IMG/VR virus record: IMGVR_UViG_3300005253_002057
Location: 24,158 to 88,157 of that record
Length of the DNA: 64,000 bases
Source of the DNA: a virus
Strand: one strand, 5' to 3'
Under the pieces are notes generated by a model, which saw only the letters and a list, made by a program, of their open reading frames with translations, was not told where the DNA came from and did no database searches. Made by a program: the position numbers and the translations under genes. Each line of letters opens with the position of its first letter. Positions within the stretch are counted from its first letter, which is position 1. This document shows, piece after piece, positions 37,888-48,339 of the stretch.

Positions 37888-37916
37888 TTGACATTATCAT
37901 CAAGATGATGTATAAT
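37888..37916 (+). promoter_or_regulatory. consensus sigma70 promoter
   Basis: TTGACA(37888-93)-17-TATAAT(37911-16); spacer palindrome ATCATC-AA-GATGAT. Confidence 0.9.
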
Positions 37917-37922
37917 GTAATT

Positions 37923-38195
37923 ATGAACATTTTCACATCCGTAAGCAAAATAGAATCAGCCACAGGGCTATGGAATGAGGTAAGAAATTCTAGTAAGTGG
38001 TACAGCTTTATAGTACTAGGGGAAGAAACCACAGCATTTTCTCAAACCATAAAATATTCCCCTCTAGTAAGATTGGAGTTTAGTTGTGAGGCTGCAGATC
38101 TAACCAGCATCATAGTAAGCAAACAGCTAGGAAGTCAAATAGACTGTGAGCTGTATGCAAAACGTCTATTGTATCATTACACCAGAAAAGACTAG
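37923..38195 (+). CDS. hypothetical protein, probably leaderless
   Basis: ATG 6 nt after the -10 box. Confidence 0.55.
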   Translation: MNIFTSVSKIESATGLWNEVRNSSKWYSFIVLGEETTAFSQTIKYSPLVRLEFSCEAADLTSIIVSKQLGSQIDCELYAKRLLYHYTRKD

Positions 38196-38206
38196 GAGGA
38201 GAAGAT

Positions 38207-38434
38207 ATGGCCAAGCTCAAGAGAAATACACTAGCACGACCAGCCCCTAACTCTGTAGTGGGAAGCTCCTTCAGAGCAGCAGGCAATGCTCTTCAGCCCA
38301 AGAAAATGAAGACTGGGACCGGCTCCAATAGGGGCTCCTTAACCAAAGCAAACAAATTAATAGTGAACTCCTTCGGAAACGCTGGAAAGCATGCTTTCAA
38401 GCCTGTTAAAAAGGTTAAGATGGGAAGAAAGTAG
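38207..38434 (+). CDS. small basic protein
   Basis: GGAG RBS; no acidic residues. Confidence 0.65.
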   Translation: MAKLKRNTLARPAPNSVVGSSFRAAGNALQPKKMKTGTGSNRGSLTKANKLIVNSFGNAGKHAFKPVKKVKMGRK

Positions 38435-38438
38435 TGCT

Positions 38439-38963
38439 ATGGCCCAGCTACTAAGAGGAAGTCCCAGTAATAAAGGCTTTGCCTCAGTACAACCCTTCTT
38501 CCCCACAGAAGGATCTGGAGATCGCTTTGCTCAATGGGCTGTAGAAGTATCTGACTTTCTAATAGCATCAGGGGCACAAGAATTAGGGCAAGTAAGATCT
38601 GGTAAGACTATAGAGTCTTCCTTTGACTTTCAAGGGGGACTAATTAAAATAAAGGCTAGTCTTCCAGAAGCTGAGGCAGAGTTTGCTGAAGTTCTAATAG
38701 CTACTAAGCATCCAAACAAGAGAGCAGTGGCTGAAAGATTAGCCTCTCTTGCCAACCCTGCTAGCGCACTCACTACTACTAGTACAGAAGCCATACCTCT
38801 TCCAGCTACTAATCTAGAGCCTACCTTAGATGAACTAGAGACTGATATAGATTCTCAAGAGTTAGAACTAGAACCCGCACAAGCAGGTCCTACTAGAAGA
38901 GGGTTCTTCAGTCTTTCAGGCTTTAGTAGCGGAAGGGGATTTAGCGTTGCTCCGAGACAGTAG
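38439..38963 (+). CDS. hypothetical protein
   Basis: ORF track; likely start MAQLLRG. Confidence 0.6.
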   Translation: MAQLLRGSPSNKGFASVQPFFPTEGSGDRFAQWAVEVSDFLIASGAQELGQVRSGKTIESSFDFQGGLIKIKASLPEAEAEFAEVLIATKHPNKRAVAERLASLANPASALTTTSTEAIPLPATNLEPTLDELETDIDSQELELEPAQAGPTRRGFFSLSGFSSGRGFSVAPRQ

Positions 38964-38973
38964 GGTCTTCTAA

Positions 38974-39171
38974 GTGCGTCACTGCAACAACAAAGACTGT
39001 AGACACATATTCGCAAAACCCAATATAGTACTAGACAAGCTATCCGTAGCCATACGTGGTCCTGTCCCCTTAGAAGATTCTACTGCCGAACTAGAACTCT
39101 TACCTAAAGATAAACAGCAATTTTGCTCCTCTAGATGCCTAATAACTGAGCTAGAAAGGGCTATATGTTAG
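38974..39171 (+). CDS. small zinc-finger protein
   Basis: CNNKDC ... FCSSRC. Confidence 0.6.
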   Translation: MRHCNNKDCRHIFAKPNIVLDKLSVAIRGPVPLEDSTAELELLPKDKQQFCSSRCLITELERAIC

Positions 39172-39500
39172 AACTGCCTAGGCTAATGAGGGGGGAAACT
39201 ACAGTAGAAAGAACCGGACACGGTAATGCTTATATAGTAGTATCCTTTATAGATAAAAGTAACTACCCTATAAAAATACATTGCTATATGGGAAAGACTA
39301 GTTCCTGCGATAGAGCTAATTCTGAGGCTATATCAATAATAGTAAGTATTCTACTACAGAATAAAGCTGACCCTAGTGAAATACTAGCCCACTTAGTAGG
39401 TATAGAGTGCTGTCCAGTAGCTGGAGGGGCTAAGTCAGTTCCAGATGCTATGGGTAGAGTACTAAGGAAATACTTACAGCCTTTTATAGACAAGCAGTAA
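39165..39500 (+). CDS. stand-alone TSCPD domain (class II RNR C-terminal-like)
   Basis: GETTVERTGHGNAYIVV...MGK...EAISIIVSILLQ...LVGIEC...KSVPDAMG. Confidence 0.8.
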   Translation: MLELPRLMRGETTVERTGHGNAYIVVSFIDKSNYPIKIHCYMGKTSSCDRANSEAISIIVSILLQNKADPSEILAHLVGIECCPVAGGAKSVPDAMGRVLRKYLQPFIDKQ

Positions 39501-39504
39501 GATA

Positions 39505-40377
39505 ATGAATATTCTTCTGGAAGACAACGAAGTAAGTAACAGTGTAGTTTCTTTTCTACGACAACAAGGCTACACTGTATTCAATAAGCTTCCTAAAGCT
39601 ACTAGACTAGACTATGCTATATCTACTAATGGAATAAGTACTCTATACAAATGGAGTCCTAGAAGAAACTTATTCAAGAAGACACCTATAGCTAACAAGA
39701 TAATACTTTGGCAAACTAAAGAACTAATAAAGAATATAAGCAAGTTGGATAAGTTAGATGATGTATGGTACATAACTCATCCAGCTCAACTAGAAGGAGT
39801 TTTACCCCTATCTCCTAAAGTATTACCCTTACTTCTAAAGGATCTACCTGCTGTATCTATAGGAGATGAAGAGAAAAGGCTAAGAAAAGTAATAGTAATA
39901 GGTGAAGAGCGAAGTAAGCATATACAGATGACTAAAGATGCTTGTCAAAGCATTGATGTAGACTTTGAAATCTTCGACCCTATAAAAAGGGCAAGAAGCT
40001 GGGGATTAGGTGAAGAACAAGTGGCTAGAGAGTTACAAGAACTACTGTCCATAGCTGCTATATCTGTGGCCCTATACTCCCCTAATGAAGATAAGAGCTT
40101 TTACTACTCGGATCCAAAAAGAATAAAACAATCCCTAGCCTTTGGAGTGCCAGTAATAACCACTCCTATACCACCTATATGGGAAGAAATAGAGCAATTC
40201 TCAGCTGGAGTAGTTATAAAAGACTTTTATCTTGATTCCTTAAAACTTGCTCTTGAAGTAGTACTAGATAATTGGCAAGTAATGGCCATAAATGCCAGAA
40301 CCTTGGCAGAAAAATATGTAGTATCCTCAGACTGGATAAATCTAATGGAGGAAGTAGAGAGAGTTGAATCAAACTAG
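39505..40377 (+). CDS. GT-B (GT4-like) glycosyltransferase
   Basis: YYSDPKRIKQSLAFGVPVITT...AGVVI. Confidence 0.7.
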   Translation: MNILLEDNEVSNSVVSFLRQQGYTVFNKLPKATRLDYAISTNGISTLYKWSPRRNLFKKTPIANKIILWQTKELIKNISKLDKLDDVWYITHPAQLEGVLPLSPKVLPLLLKDLPAVSIGDEEKRLRKVIVIGEERSKHIQMTKDACQSIDVDFEIFDPIKRARSWGLGEEQVARELQELLSIAAISVALYSPNEDKSFYYSDPKRIKQSLAFGVPVITTPIPPIWEEIEQFSAGVVIKDFYLDSLKLALEVVLDNWQVMAINARTLAEKYVVSSDWINLMEEVERVESN

Positions 40378-41518
40378 CATAGGAGTAATAGGACTAGGTA
40401 GACTAGGACTTCCAGTAGCATCTTTGCTAAGTAGATATTATCCAACTGTAGGGCTAGATATAGATCAAGCAAAGATAGACTCACTTAACAAGGGTACATT
40501 CACAACCAGTGAGCCTAACTGTACTACTTCTGGGGCAGCCTACTATACTACAGACTACGATAGCTTAGTATCCTCTTCAGATATAGTAGTGGTCTGTGTT
40601 AATACTCCTACAGATGCAAATGGCAACATGGACTCTACTCAGTTAAAAGAATGCTTCAAAAGTCTAGACAAGGCACTGGCTAGTACTAGCAAGAATATAA
40701 AGATACTAGTGCTTAGCACTCTAATGCCAGAACATGGAGAATGGCTAGCCTCCTTCTTCTCCGAGCGCAAGTGGCCTCCCCAGATAGTAATTAATCCAGT
40801 CTGGATTGCTATAGGTAGCGTAATAAAAGATCTGCAGAATCCTCCAATGCAAGTATACGGAGGTGATTCAGATAAGCCAATTCTATGGGCTATAAAGTTA
40901 TGGGCAGATATTCCGTCAGTTGAGTATCATACGCCTATAATAACTGACACACGTACAGCAAGTTTCTTAAAGCTAGCCCATAACGCTTGGTGTACTATGA
41001 AGATGTCATTTATAGGAGAGCTGGGGGACAAAGCAGCGCAGTTAGGAATAGACATAAATACCACGTCAGAGTTCTTCAGGCGAGGGGGAGAGAGGCCTGG
41101 AGCGTTCTGGCAGTATGGACCTTCATTCGGAGGACCTTGTTTTCCCAGAGACTTAGACTTCTTCAACCAATTCACTGACTCAGGTCTAGGCAGGCGAGTA
41201 CAGCTAATAAATTTTAGTAGACTACATAACATAGCTGCACAAGTTAAGTCTAAGAACACAGTTCTTATAGTAGGTAAGACCTATAAAGAGGGAGTAGACA
41301 TAACTGAGTCTTCTATATCACTTAAGCTGGAGCAGCTACTACTGAAAAAGAGCTGTGTAGTAGACTTTCTAGATGAAGATCTTAATGAACTACCTGGCTC
41401 AGACGTATCAGCCTACGATACAGTAATAGTACTTCATAGAGGATACGATAGACTAATATCCGAAGCCAGAGAGACTAGCAATCTACAAGTAATAGACTTA
41501 TGGTCAACCAAGGAGTAG
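40364..41518 (+). CDS. UDP-glucose/GDP-mannose dehydrogenase family
   Basis: GLGRLGLP, VCVNTP, KLAHNA, FGGPCFPRD. Confidence 0.9.
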   Translation: MNQTSIGVIGLGRLGLPVASLLSRYYPTVGLDIDQAKIDSLNKGTFTTSEPNCTTSGAAYYTTDYDSLVSSSDIVVVCVNTPTDANGNMDSTQLKECFKSLDKALASTSKNIKILVLSTLMPEHGEWLASFFSERKWPPQIVINPVWIAIGSVIKDLQNPPMQVYGGDSDKPILWAIKLWADIPSVEYHTPIITDTRTASFLKLAHNAWCTMKMSFIGELGDKAAQLGIDINTTSEFFRRGGERPGAFWQYGPSFGGPCFPRDLDFFNQFTDSGLGRRVQLINFSRLHNIAAQVKSKNTVLIVGKTYKEGVDITESSISLKLEQLLLKKSCVVDFLDEDLNELPGSDVSAYDTVIVLHRGYDRLISEARETSNLQVIDLWSTKE

Positions 41519-41520
41519 TA

Positions 41521-42594
41521 GTGAAAATAGTTGTAACTGGTGGAGCATCATTCATAGGTTCTCATCTAGTAGAAAAACTAGATGAACTAAATCACGAAGT
41601 AACCATAATAGATGATCTTTCAAGTGGAAGCAGAGAGAATCTAAAAGCTGTTTCTTATAGAAGACTTCTAACCTGGGATCTTCGTTGGGCCAGTCTGCAC
41701 AATCTTACTAATGAACTCAAGAGAGCGGATGTAGTCTTCCATCTAGCTGCAGATCACGGAGGGAGAGGATACGTAGAACTAGAGCAAGTAGCCTGCAGTA
41801 ATAACTTTGCTATAGATAACAATGTACTTCAAGCCTGTATAGAGGCTAAAGTACCTAGACTAATCTTTGCTTCAAGTGGCTGCATCTATCCAATGTTCAT
41901 GCAGAATGATACTAGTAGAAGCGTCTATCTAAAAGAGGACTGGGCCTCCTTAAAAGGACCTAGACACGCAGAAGTATCTGAATCAGCTAGTCTAGATGGA
42001 CTAATTCAACCTGATGGTCTCTATGGATTAGCTAAGCTAACTATGGAAATGTCTCTACAAGCAGCATACAAAGAAAAAGGGCTCAATTCCGTATCCTGCC
42101 GTTTCTTCACTGTATATGGACCTAGGGCAAAAGAAAATCACGCAATAATATCATTTATAGCAAGAACTCTAGTAAAACAAGATCCTTTCACTGTATGGGG
42201 CGATGGAACTCAAATACGAAACTGGACTCACGTAGATGATATAGTTAAAGGAATGATTCTAGCCATGGAGCATTCCTCTCTACAAGAAGGAGCCCACGCT
42301 CTTAACCTAGGTACTATGGAGAAGATAACTGTATCCGAAGCAATCTCTCGTACAATTGTCCTAGCTAGGGCTGCACACGGTTGGGAGTACAACCCTCAGA
42401 TCGAACACCAGCTAAACAAGCCAATAGGCCCTCTTAATAGAGTGGCTGATAACTCTAAACTCCTAAGCCTAGGGGGGGATGAACCAGTGCCATTCAAAGA
42501 GGGACTAAAGAGTACTCTAGATTGGTACTTCTCTACCAAAGATCAAAGCTATGTAAAGGAAAATCTTGAAAGATTGCTGGTATCCAGAAAGTAA
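41521..42594 (+). CDS. NAD-dependent sugar epimerase/dehydratase
   Basis: VTGGASFIGSHL, YGLAK, VYGPR, WGDGTQIRNWTHVDD. Confidence 0.92.
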   Translation: MKIVVTGGASFIGSHLVEKLDELNHEVTIIDDLSSGSRENLKAVSYRRLLTWDLRWASLHNLTNELKRADVVFHLAADHGGRGYVELEQVACSNNFAIDNNVLQACIEAKVPRLIFASSGCIYPMFMQNDTSRSVYLKEDWASLKGPRHAEVSESASLDGLIQPDGLYGLAKLTMEMSLQAAYKEKGLNSVSCRFFTVYGPRAKENHAIISFIARTLVKQDPFTVWGDGTQIRNWTHVDDIVKGMILAMEHSSLQEGAHALNLGTMEKITVSEAISRTIVLARAAHGWEYNPQIEHQLNKPIGPLNRVADNSKLLSLGGDEPVPFKEGLKSTLDWYFSTKDQSYVKENLERLLVSRK

Positions 42595-43550
42595 TGGACA
42601 TACTAGTAATCTCATACAATATCCCAGGCTATGCTCCCAACCTACTTATAAAATGGCTCAAGCCTCAAATTGGCTATAGAACAGGAGCAATAAGACTCCC
42701 AAGTAGAATAGATAAAAACTTCGCCCCTATACTAGGTCATCTACTTAACTTTCTAAGTCTAGTAAAGAGATGGGGTAGATATGATCTAGTAGTAACACCA
42801 GATCCCTTAACTACTCTTGCCGTACACTACTCTAAAGTAAAAACTAAGCGTCTTTGTTACTGGCGCTTAGACTATCACCCTAAGAAATTTGGACACTTCA
42901 ACTTCGTCTATCAATGGATAGAAACAAAAGCCTTAAAAGTTGCCGATGAAGTATGGTCTATGGCTGATCCTACTGATACTAGAGTACAAAGACAGCTAAT
43001 GTATAAAGTTAACTTAGAAAGGCATAGCAAAGTAAAGCACGTACCTTACATGCTATCCAAGCTACCACCAGTTCATCCAATAGAAGAAAGACTTAAAAGA
43101 GTCTTATGGATGGGACCAGATAAAAGTAGGGCTAGGGAAGTATTTAAGTCCATAGCTCCTGACTTGGCTAAACTTGGATTCATGATTACGATAGTAGACT
43201 ACTCAGTAGAAGACTTAAGAGTAAATACTCAGGCTCTAGACCAAATACTAGCTACATCAAAAGTAGGAGTAGCCCTCTATGACCCTAATAATAGAGAAGG
43301 AAAATATTACTCAGACCCAGCCAGAATAAGACATTATCTTGCTAATGGAATTCCAGTAGTAGTTACAAGAGTTCCTCCAGTTTGGAAGGACATAGTTGCT
43401 TATGGAGCTGGAGTAGCTATAGAACTGGATAAAGTAGAATTACTAGGAGCCATAAAGCACTGCCTAAATAACTTTGAGACAATGTCTAAACAAGCCCTAC
43501 TACTAGCAAAGATGAATGTAATGACAGAGGAACGCTTTGGACTGGTATAA
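42594..43550 (+). CDS. GT-B (GT4-like) glycosyltransferase
   Basis: YWRLDYHP; YYSDPARIRHYLANGIPVVVT. Confidence 0.75.
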   Translation: MDILVISYNIPGYAPNLLIKWLKPQIGYRTGAIRLPSRIDKNFAPILGHLLNFLSLVKRWGRYDLVVTPDPLTTLAVHYSKVKTKRLCYWRLDYHPKKFGHFNFVYQWIETKALKVADEVWSMADPTDTRVQRQLMYKVNLERHSKVKHVPYMLSKLPPVHPIEERLKRVLWMGPDKSRAREVFKSIAPDLAKLGFMITIVDYSVEDLRVNTQALDQILATSKVGVALYDPNNREGKYYSDPARIRHYLANGIPVVVTRVPPVWKDIVAYGAGVAIELDKVELLGAIKHCLNNFETMSKQALLLAKMNVMTEERFGLV

Positions 43551-44238
43551 GAAGGCAAGAGCCTATGCAAGAAGACTAAGATACAGCTCTAGAATAGAAG
43601 ATGGGCTCTGTGGACTGGCTAATATAGATTTCAAAACTGTTCTAGACATAGGAGCGGCAGATGGAAGATCTGCAAAGAAGTATCTAGGAATATTTCCAAA
43701 TGCAACAATACATTCTTTTGAGCCTCAGATAAAAGAATATAATAAGTTACGTCTACTGGAAGAAAAAGAACCTAGATTAGTAGCTCACAACTTAGCCTTA
43801 GTACAGAACGATAACTTATCAATAGGTACATTACTTAGATATAAAAATCAAAGTACAAGTACAGCTTCTATACTACAACCTACTGCAGTTTTAGGAGATT
43901 CAGCCCGCACTCCAAAAGTTAGGGAAACAGTTAACTTAATGACTCTAGATCATTGGGCAAATAATTTCAGTCTACAAGGCCCTATACTAGTAAAGATGGA
44001 CGTACAAGGCTATGAGATGTCTGTAATACTAGGAGGGCAAGATCTTCTTAGAAGAGCCAAGGCTGTAATAACTGAAGTTTGCTTTGAAGAATACTATGAA
44101 GGACAAGCAAACTTCTGGCAACTTTATTATAGCCTAGGCTTTCCAGAACTAGGTTTTGATTACATAGGAAATCTAGACCAAGTAGCTGCTTCAGATGGAA
44201 AGATAAAGTTCATAGACGCATGTTTCTTACGACAGTAA
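43537..44238 (+). CDS. FkbM family methyltransferase
   Basis: VLDIGA, HSFEP, TLD, KMDVQGYE. Confidence 0.9.
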   Translation: MDWYKKARAYARRLRYSSRIEDGLCGLANIDFKTVLDIGAADGRSAKKYLGIFPNATIHSFEPQIKEYNKLRLLEEKEPRLVAHNLALVQNDNLSIGTLLRYKNQSTSTASILQPTAVLGDSARTPKVRETVNLMTLDHWANNFSLQGPILVKMDVQGYEMSVILGGQDLLRRAKAVITEVCFEEYYEGQANFWQLYYSLGFPELGFDYIGNLDQVAASDGKIKFIDACFLRQ

Positions 44239-45380
44239 AGTTAGCCCTCTCCAAGTCTACTAGAATACTAGTATATGTACTACTAGGAATTCTATTTAAC
44301 ATAGGGGAACAAACAGATGAATTCTTTTTAGCCTATTCACTTGCCACTTTTGTAGTAACAGTAGTTACTGTATCAGAATCATATCTACTAAAATACACTA
44401 GTCAGATGTTAGGAGCCTTTATACTAATACTAACCCCAATAGTAATAGTACTAGCAACTGCTATATTCTTCATAGGAAACAGTCCTCTAGTATATATGTT
44501 ACTTCCTTACATAATACTAGCCACTTTGGCTAGTGTACTAACTGGTACAGTAAACAGTAAAAAACAATACACCATAACTTTATACTCATCTATAGCATAC
44601 ATACTAATACTCCCAATAGTATTTACAGCCAAGTTATTAGAGACAGAATACATACTAGAAGTAATAATACTACTAATAACTTTACCAGAATTAATAAGGC
44701 TAGTACTCTTGATAAAGCTAAGCACAAGTCCTCTAAATACTTTAACTAAGATAGAATTTCCTAGTAAAGTAATGTTACTCTTAATAGCAGCTCCTATACT
44801 AGTAACTATATCAGTAGTACTGGAAAGAATAGTAATAACCACTACACTACCAATAGGCTCAATAACTATCTGGTCCTACATTTTTGGCTTAGTAGGAGTA
44901 ATAGGTGGAGTAGTAAACTATGGAAGAATAGTACACTACACTAACGAGGATGACGAGAATATAAGTATAGTACCAAGCCTAAAACTAGGACTAATAATGA
45001 TTTTAGTTCTAATAATACCAGTCGGTATAGTTTCTCAACTACCCCCTATAGAAATAAACTTTACTCTTGTATCCCTTAGTCTACATGTCTCAGCAGCAAA
45101 CATATTAGTACTACTATTCATAGCCTCGCTTTCCCTTCCAATAAGATACACTATAGCAAGACTTGTAGTAGTATTAATAAAGTATGAGAAGACAAAGACA
45201 CTAATACTTGCATCTATAACCCTACTAATAGCCAAGCTACTGTTAGTGGGGATTCTTAGTCTAATAAGTATAGAAGCCGCAGCTGTAGGTGTTGTATGCT
45301 CAGAACTAGTGTATCTAATTATAGTATACATATCAGTAAAGCGCACTTTCTTGTCCCCTCAATCCTCCTATTCTTATTAG
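44220..45380 (+). CDS. MOP-superfamily (MurJ/Wzx-like) flippase
   Basis: About 11-12 TMs; TDEFFLAYSL; ERIVITTTLPIGSITIWSY. Confidence 0.6.
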   Translation: MFLTTVKLALSKSTRILVYVLLGILFNIGEQTDEFFLAYSLATFVVTVVTVSESYLLKYTSQMLGAFILILTPIVIVLATAIFFIGNSPLVYMLLPYIILATLASVLTGTVNSKKQYTITLYSSIAYILILPIVFTAKLLETEYILEVIILLITLPELIRLVLLIKLSTSPLNTLTKIEFPSKVMLLLIAAPILVTISVVLERIVITTTLPIGSITIWSYIFGLVGVIGGVVNYGRIVHYTNEDDENISIVPSLKLGLIMILVLIIPVGIVSQLPPIEINFTLVSLSLHVSAANILVLLFIASLSLPIRYTIARLVVVLIKYEKTKTLILASITLLIAKLLLVGILSLISIEAAAVGVVCSELVYLIIVYISVKRTFLSPQSSYSY

Positions 45381-47083
45381 TAGTACATGTAACTATATAC
45401 ATAGTACTAAATTTCTACATAAGACAAGGAGTATTAGAGCATCCAGATAGTCCATTCTATCACGCAATAGCTCTAACACTTGCGAGGGATTGGGGAGAAG
45501 GCTATATACACTTCGCAAAATACCCAGAGTATACTAACATACTTGCCTTACCTTACTACATTTTAGGCCCAAGTAGAATCTGGGGAGAGTTACTAAATAT
45601 AGCAGCTCATCTAGGCACTGCCCTGATAGCATATAAGACTGTAAAGAACTTAGGTTTTCTACCCAAGCAAGCTCCTATACTAGCCTTATTAATAATAGGA
45701 TTAAATCCTTATGAACTCTACATGTCTACTCAGTTACTTAAAGATACACTAATAATCTTTGGAGTCTCACTATCATTACTAGCCTTTACTAGAAGACCTA
45801 GACTTTCAACTAGTCTAATACTTCTAGCAGGTTCTAGCATAGTAATGTTTTTAAGACAAGAATTTGGTATAGCAGTATTCGCAGTATTAAGCTTATATAC
45901 TATTCTACTCTTGATAAGAGTAAAGAGACCAGCTAGTAAAGAAATAGGGCTTATCATCCTTCCTGCAGCAATAATTCTTGTACCTCTTATTTCTATGCAG
46001 TATATAATTAAGTACACTCACTTTCCAGCCCTAGACAGCGAAGAAATAAGAGCTGAGGCTAAACTCAAAGCTGAGCAAGTAAAAAAGAGAGTAAACTGGA
46101 TACCAGGGCAGCCTCATATAGAATTCTTTGACACTAGAAATCCAGTAGCGCAAGCGACACATTGCAGAACACCTTTACTATACTCTAAGAATATAACTTA
46201 TTGCTCTACTATATTAATAAAAAATGCTCTGGAGACGGTATTCTTTCCATATCCTTGGACAGCAAATACTATAGTAGAGCTAGGATTCGCTGTATATATG
46301 TCAGGTTGGTATCTCTTATTAGCTATAGGAACAATAACTCTTGCAGTAAATAGGCCCAAGATAGTATTAGTTTTACTAGTAGTATCATTTCTACTACTAC
46401 TACCTCTATCAATGCACATAATAAAGCAATCTGGTTTTGTACGCTGGAGGCTACCAGTCTTTTACTTACTGGAGCTAGGGCTTATAATAAGTGTATCACA
46501 GCTATTTATCTACAAGTATGCAAAAAGATTACTGGATATAATTCTCTCTTTAACTTTTCTAATTTTAACTGCCCCAGTAGCTTTTGCTATAATTTTAAGT
46601 AATATGTACTTACTAGTTCCTGTATTCTATTCTCAGATAAGAGCAGGAAAGTTAGGCATTCAAATAACAGTCTATAAGTTCACAACCCTTATCAAATCAG
46701 ATAATGTGGATGAGTCCCCTCCTGGATTAGCCCCTTCAGCAAGTGGAATGAAGTATACAGCTATAGGAAAGTTATTAAGAAGTCTTGCCTTAGATGAGAT
46801 ACCCCAGCTAGTAAGTATCCTTAAAGGAGATATATCCCTAGTAGGGCCTAGAACGCTAGACTGGGAGCTACATACCCACTGTAAAGAAACCATACCTAAT
46901 TGGACTACCAGAAACAAGGTAATACCAGGAGTAACTGGCCTAGCACAGTTAAATACTGACAGACTTGACAATTTCAAGCGACTGTATTATGATATACAAT
47001 ATGTAAACAATCCAAGTATGATCCTCGATCTAAAACTTATAGCGAAGGGATTAATAAGAAGCATTAAAAGGAAGTGGCATTGA
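45296..47083 (+). CDS. fusion: GT-C/polymerase-like multi-TM domain plus phosphoglycosyl transferase (Bac_transf)
   Basis: N-term HPDSPFY, LLKDTL, RWRLP; C-term KRLLD, YKFTT, LDEIPQLVSILKGDISLVGPR, PGVTGLAQ. Confidence 0.8.
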   Translation: MLRTSVSNYSIHISKAHFLVPSILLFLLVVHVTIYIVLNFYIRQGVLEHPDSPFYHAIALTLARDWGEGYIHFAKYPEYTNILALPYYILGPSRIWGELLNIAAHLGTALIAYKTVKNLGFLPKQAPILALLIIGLNPYELYMSTQLLKDTLIIFGVSLSLLAFTRRPRLSTSLILLAGSSIVMFLRQEFGIAVFAVLSLYTILLLIRVKRPASKEIGLIILPAAIILVPLISMQYIIKYTHFPALDSEEIRAEAKLKAEQVKKRVNWIPGQPHIEFFDTRNPVAQATHCRTPLLYSKNITYCSTILIKNALETVFFPYPWTANTIVELGFAVYMSGWYLLLAIGTITLAVNRPKIVLVLLVVSFLLLLPLSMHIIKQSGFVRWRLPVFYLLELGLIISVSQLFIYKYAKRLLDIILSLTFLILTAPVAFAIILSNMYLLVPVFYSQIRAGKLGIQITVYKFTTLIKSDNVDESPPGLAPSASGMKYTAIGKLLRSLALDEIPQLVSILKGDISLVGPRTLDWELHTHCKETIPNWTTRNKVIPGVTGLAQLNTDRLDNFKRLYYDIQYVNNPSMILDLKLIAKGLIRSIKRKWH

Positions 47084-48339
47084 ACTGGACAAAGGCACTA
47101 GAAGGACTTAGAAACATAGGTATACTTTTATATGGACTAGCCGCTGCACTAGCTTATCTACCAATATTTGACTCTCCATTCTACACTCCCTATGAATTAT
47201 CAAACTATGCAAGATTCACTGGAATAAGCATATCCTTATCAGATATAACCTTTGTATTTGCACTAGTACTAACTCTATTTACAACTATAATTCTAGACCT
47301 TACTAAAGTATTACTAACTAAACAACAGACATTAATACTAGTTGCCATATTATTTCCTTTAGGAGTAAGTATAGGAAACAATCCAGAATTAGCAACACTA
47401 GCAAGGGTATTAAGATTAGTAATATATACTACACTACCCTTATTGCTGCTAAATAATAAAAAAGACTTACGCATGTTTGCACTAGGATATATAAGTCTAA
47501 CAGTGCCACAACTAGCAGCAGTATTAGGGCAAAGACTAGATGGAGCCCAGATGATAGGGCTAACTCTTAATCCTAACTTAGTTGCTAGTTATGGATTAAC
47601 CAGCCTAATTATATGGATATACGCTTGGTTTCCAGCAAACTATAGGACTAAATCAATAAAAGTAATAATTCTACAAATACTACCAGTAATACTAGCCTCC
47701 TTTCTTATAGTATTACCTGTTAGCAGGGGCTCAATTATAGCCGTACTTTCCCTACTAATAGTACTAGTAGTAATATACAGAGGAGGGCTAACAAGATTTA
47801 CTTTAATACTACAAGTAGCAGGACCAGCACTCGTAGTTGTAATTATAGTAATAACCACAGGTCCTAGATTAGACCATCTTATAAGATCTCACTCCTTTGA
47901 AGAAGCAACTCTAATAGGAAAAGTAGACTCCTTCACATCTGGAAGAGTAAGTAGTACTCAAAGACATATAGATAAGATAACAGAGGATGGAGTATGGACT
48001 AAGGGATATGGGGCTGGAAGATATACAGAGGCTACTGGAAAAGCCCCACCTAACAATCTATATCTTACAACTATAGGGGAGCTGGGAGTCATATTAGCTA
48101 TACTTTACCTCTCAGCCTTTATAGCATTAGTAATACTAAGACCTCAGCTAATACTACCCTTAGCAATACTAGGGCTAGTATCATATCTAACACACTCAGC
48201 AGAAGGAACTCTGATAACCTATACTCTTATAGGAGTAGCAATTGCAAGCCTTACTTATATTACTGAAACCAGCAGCACTATTGTTAAGCATATTCATAAA
48301 GAAACCAAGGTCCCTACTAGCCAAGAGTCTACTATATAG
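47074..48339 (+). CDS. O-antigen ligase/Wzy_C-like (possible oligosaccharyltransferase)
   Basis: Multi-TM; NPNLVA, SRGS, SGR, GYGAG, PNNLYLTTIGELG. Confidence 0.75.
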   Translation: MALNWTKALEGLRNIGILLYGLAAALAYLPIFDSPFYTPYELSNYARFTGISISLSDITFVFALVLTLFTTIILDLTKVLLTKQQTLILVAILFPLGVSIGNNPELATLARVLRLVIYTTLPLLLLNNKKDLRMFALGYISLTVPQLAAVLGQRLDGAQMIGLTLNPNLVASYGLTSLIIWIYAWFPANYRTKSIKVIILQILPVILASFLIVLPVSRGSIIAVLSLLIVLVVIYRGGLTRFTLILQVAGPALVVVIIVITTGPRLDHLIRSHSFEEATLIGKVDSFTSGRVSSTQRHIDKITEDGVWTKGYGAGRYTEATGKAPPNNLYLTTIGELGVILAILYLSAFIALVILRPQLILPLAILGLVSYLTHSAEGTLITYTLIGVAIASLTYITETSSTIVKHIHKETKVPTSQESTI

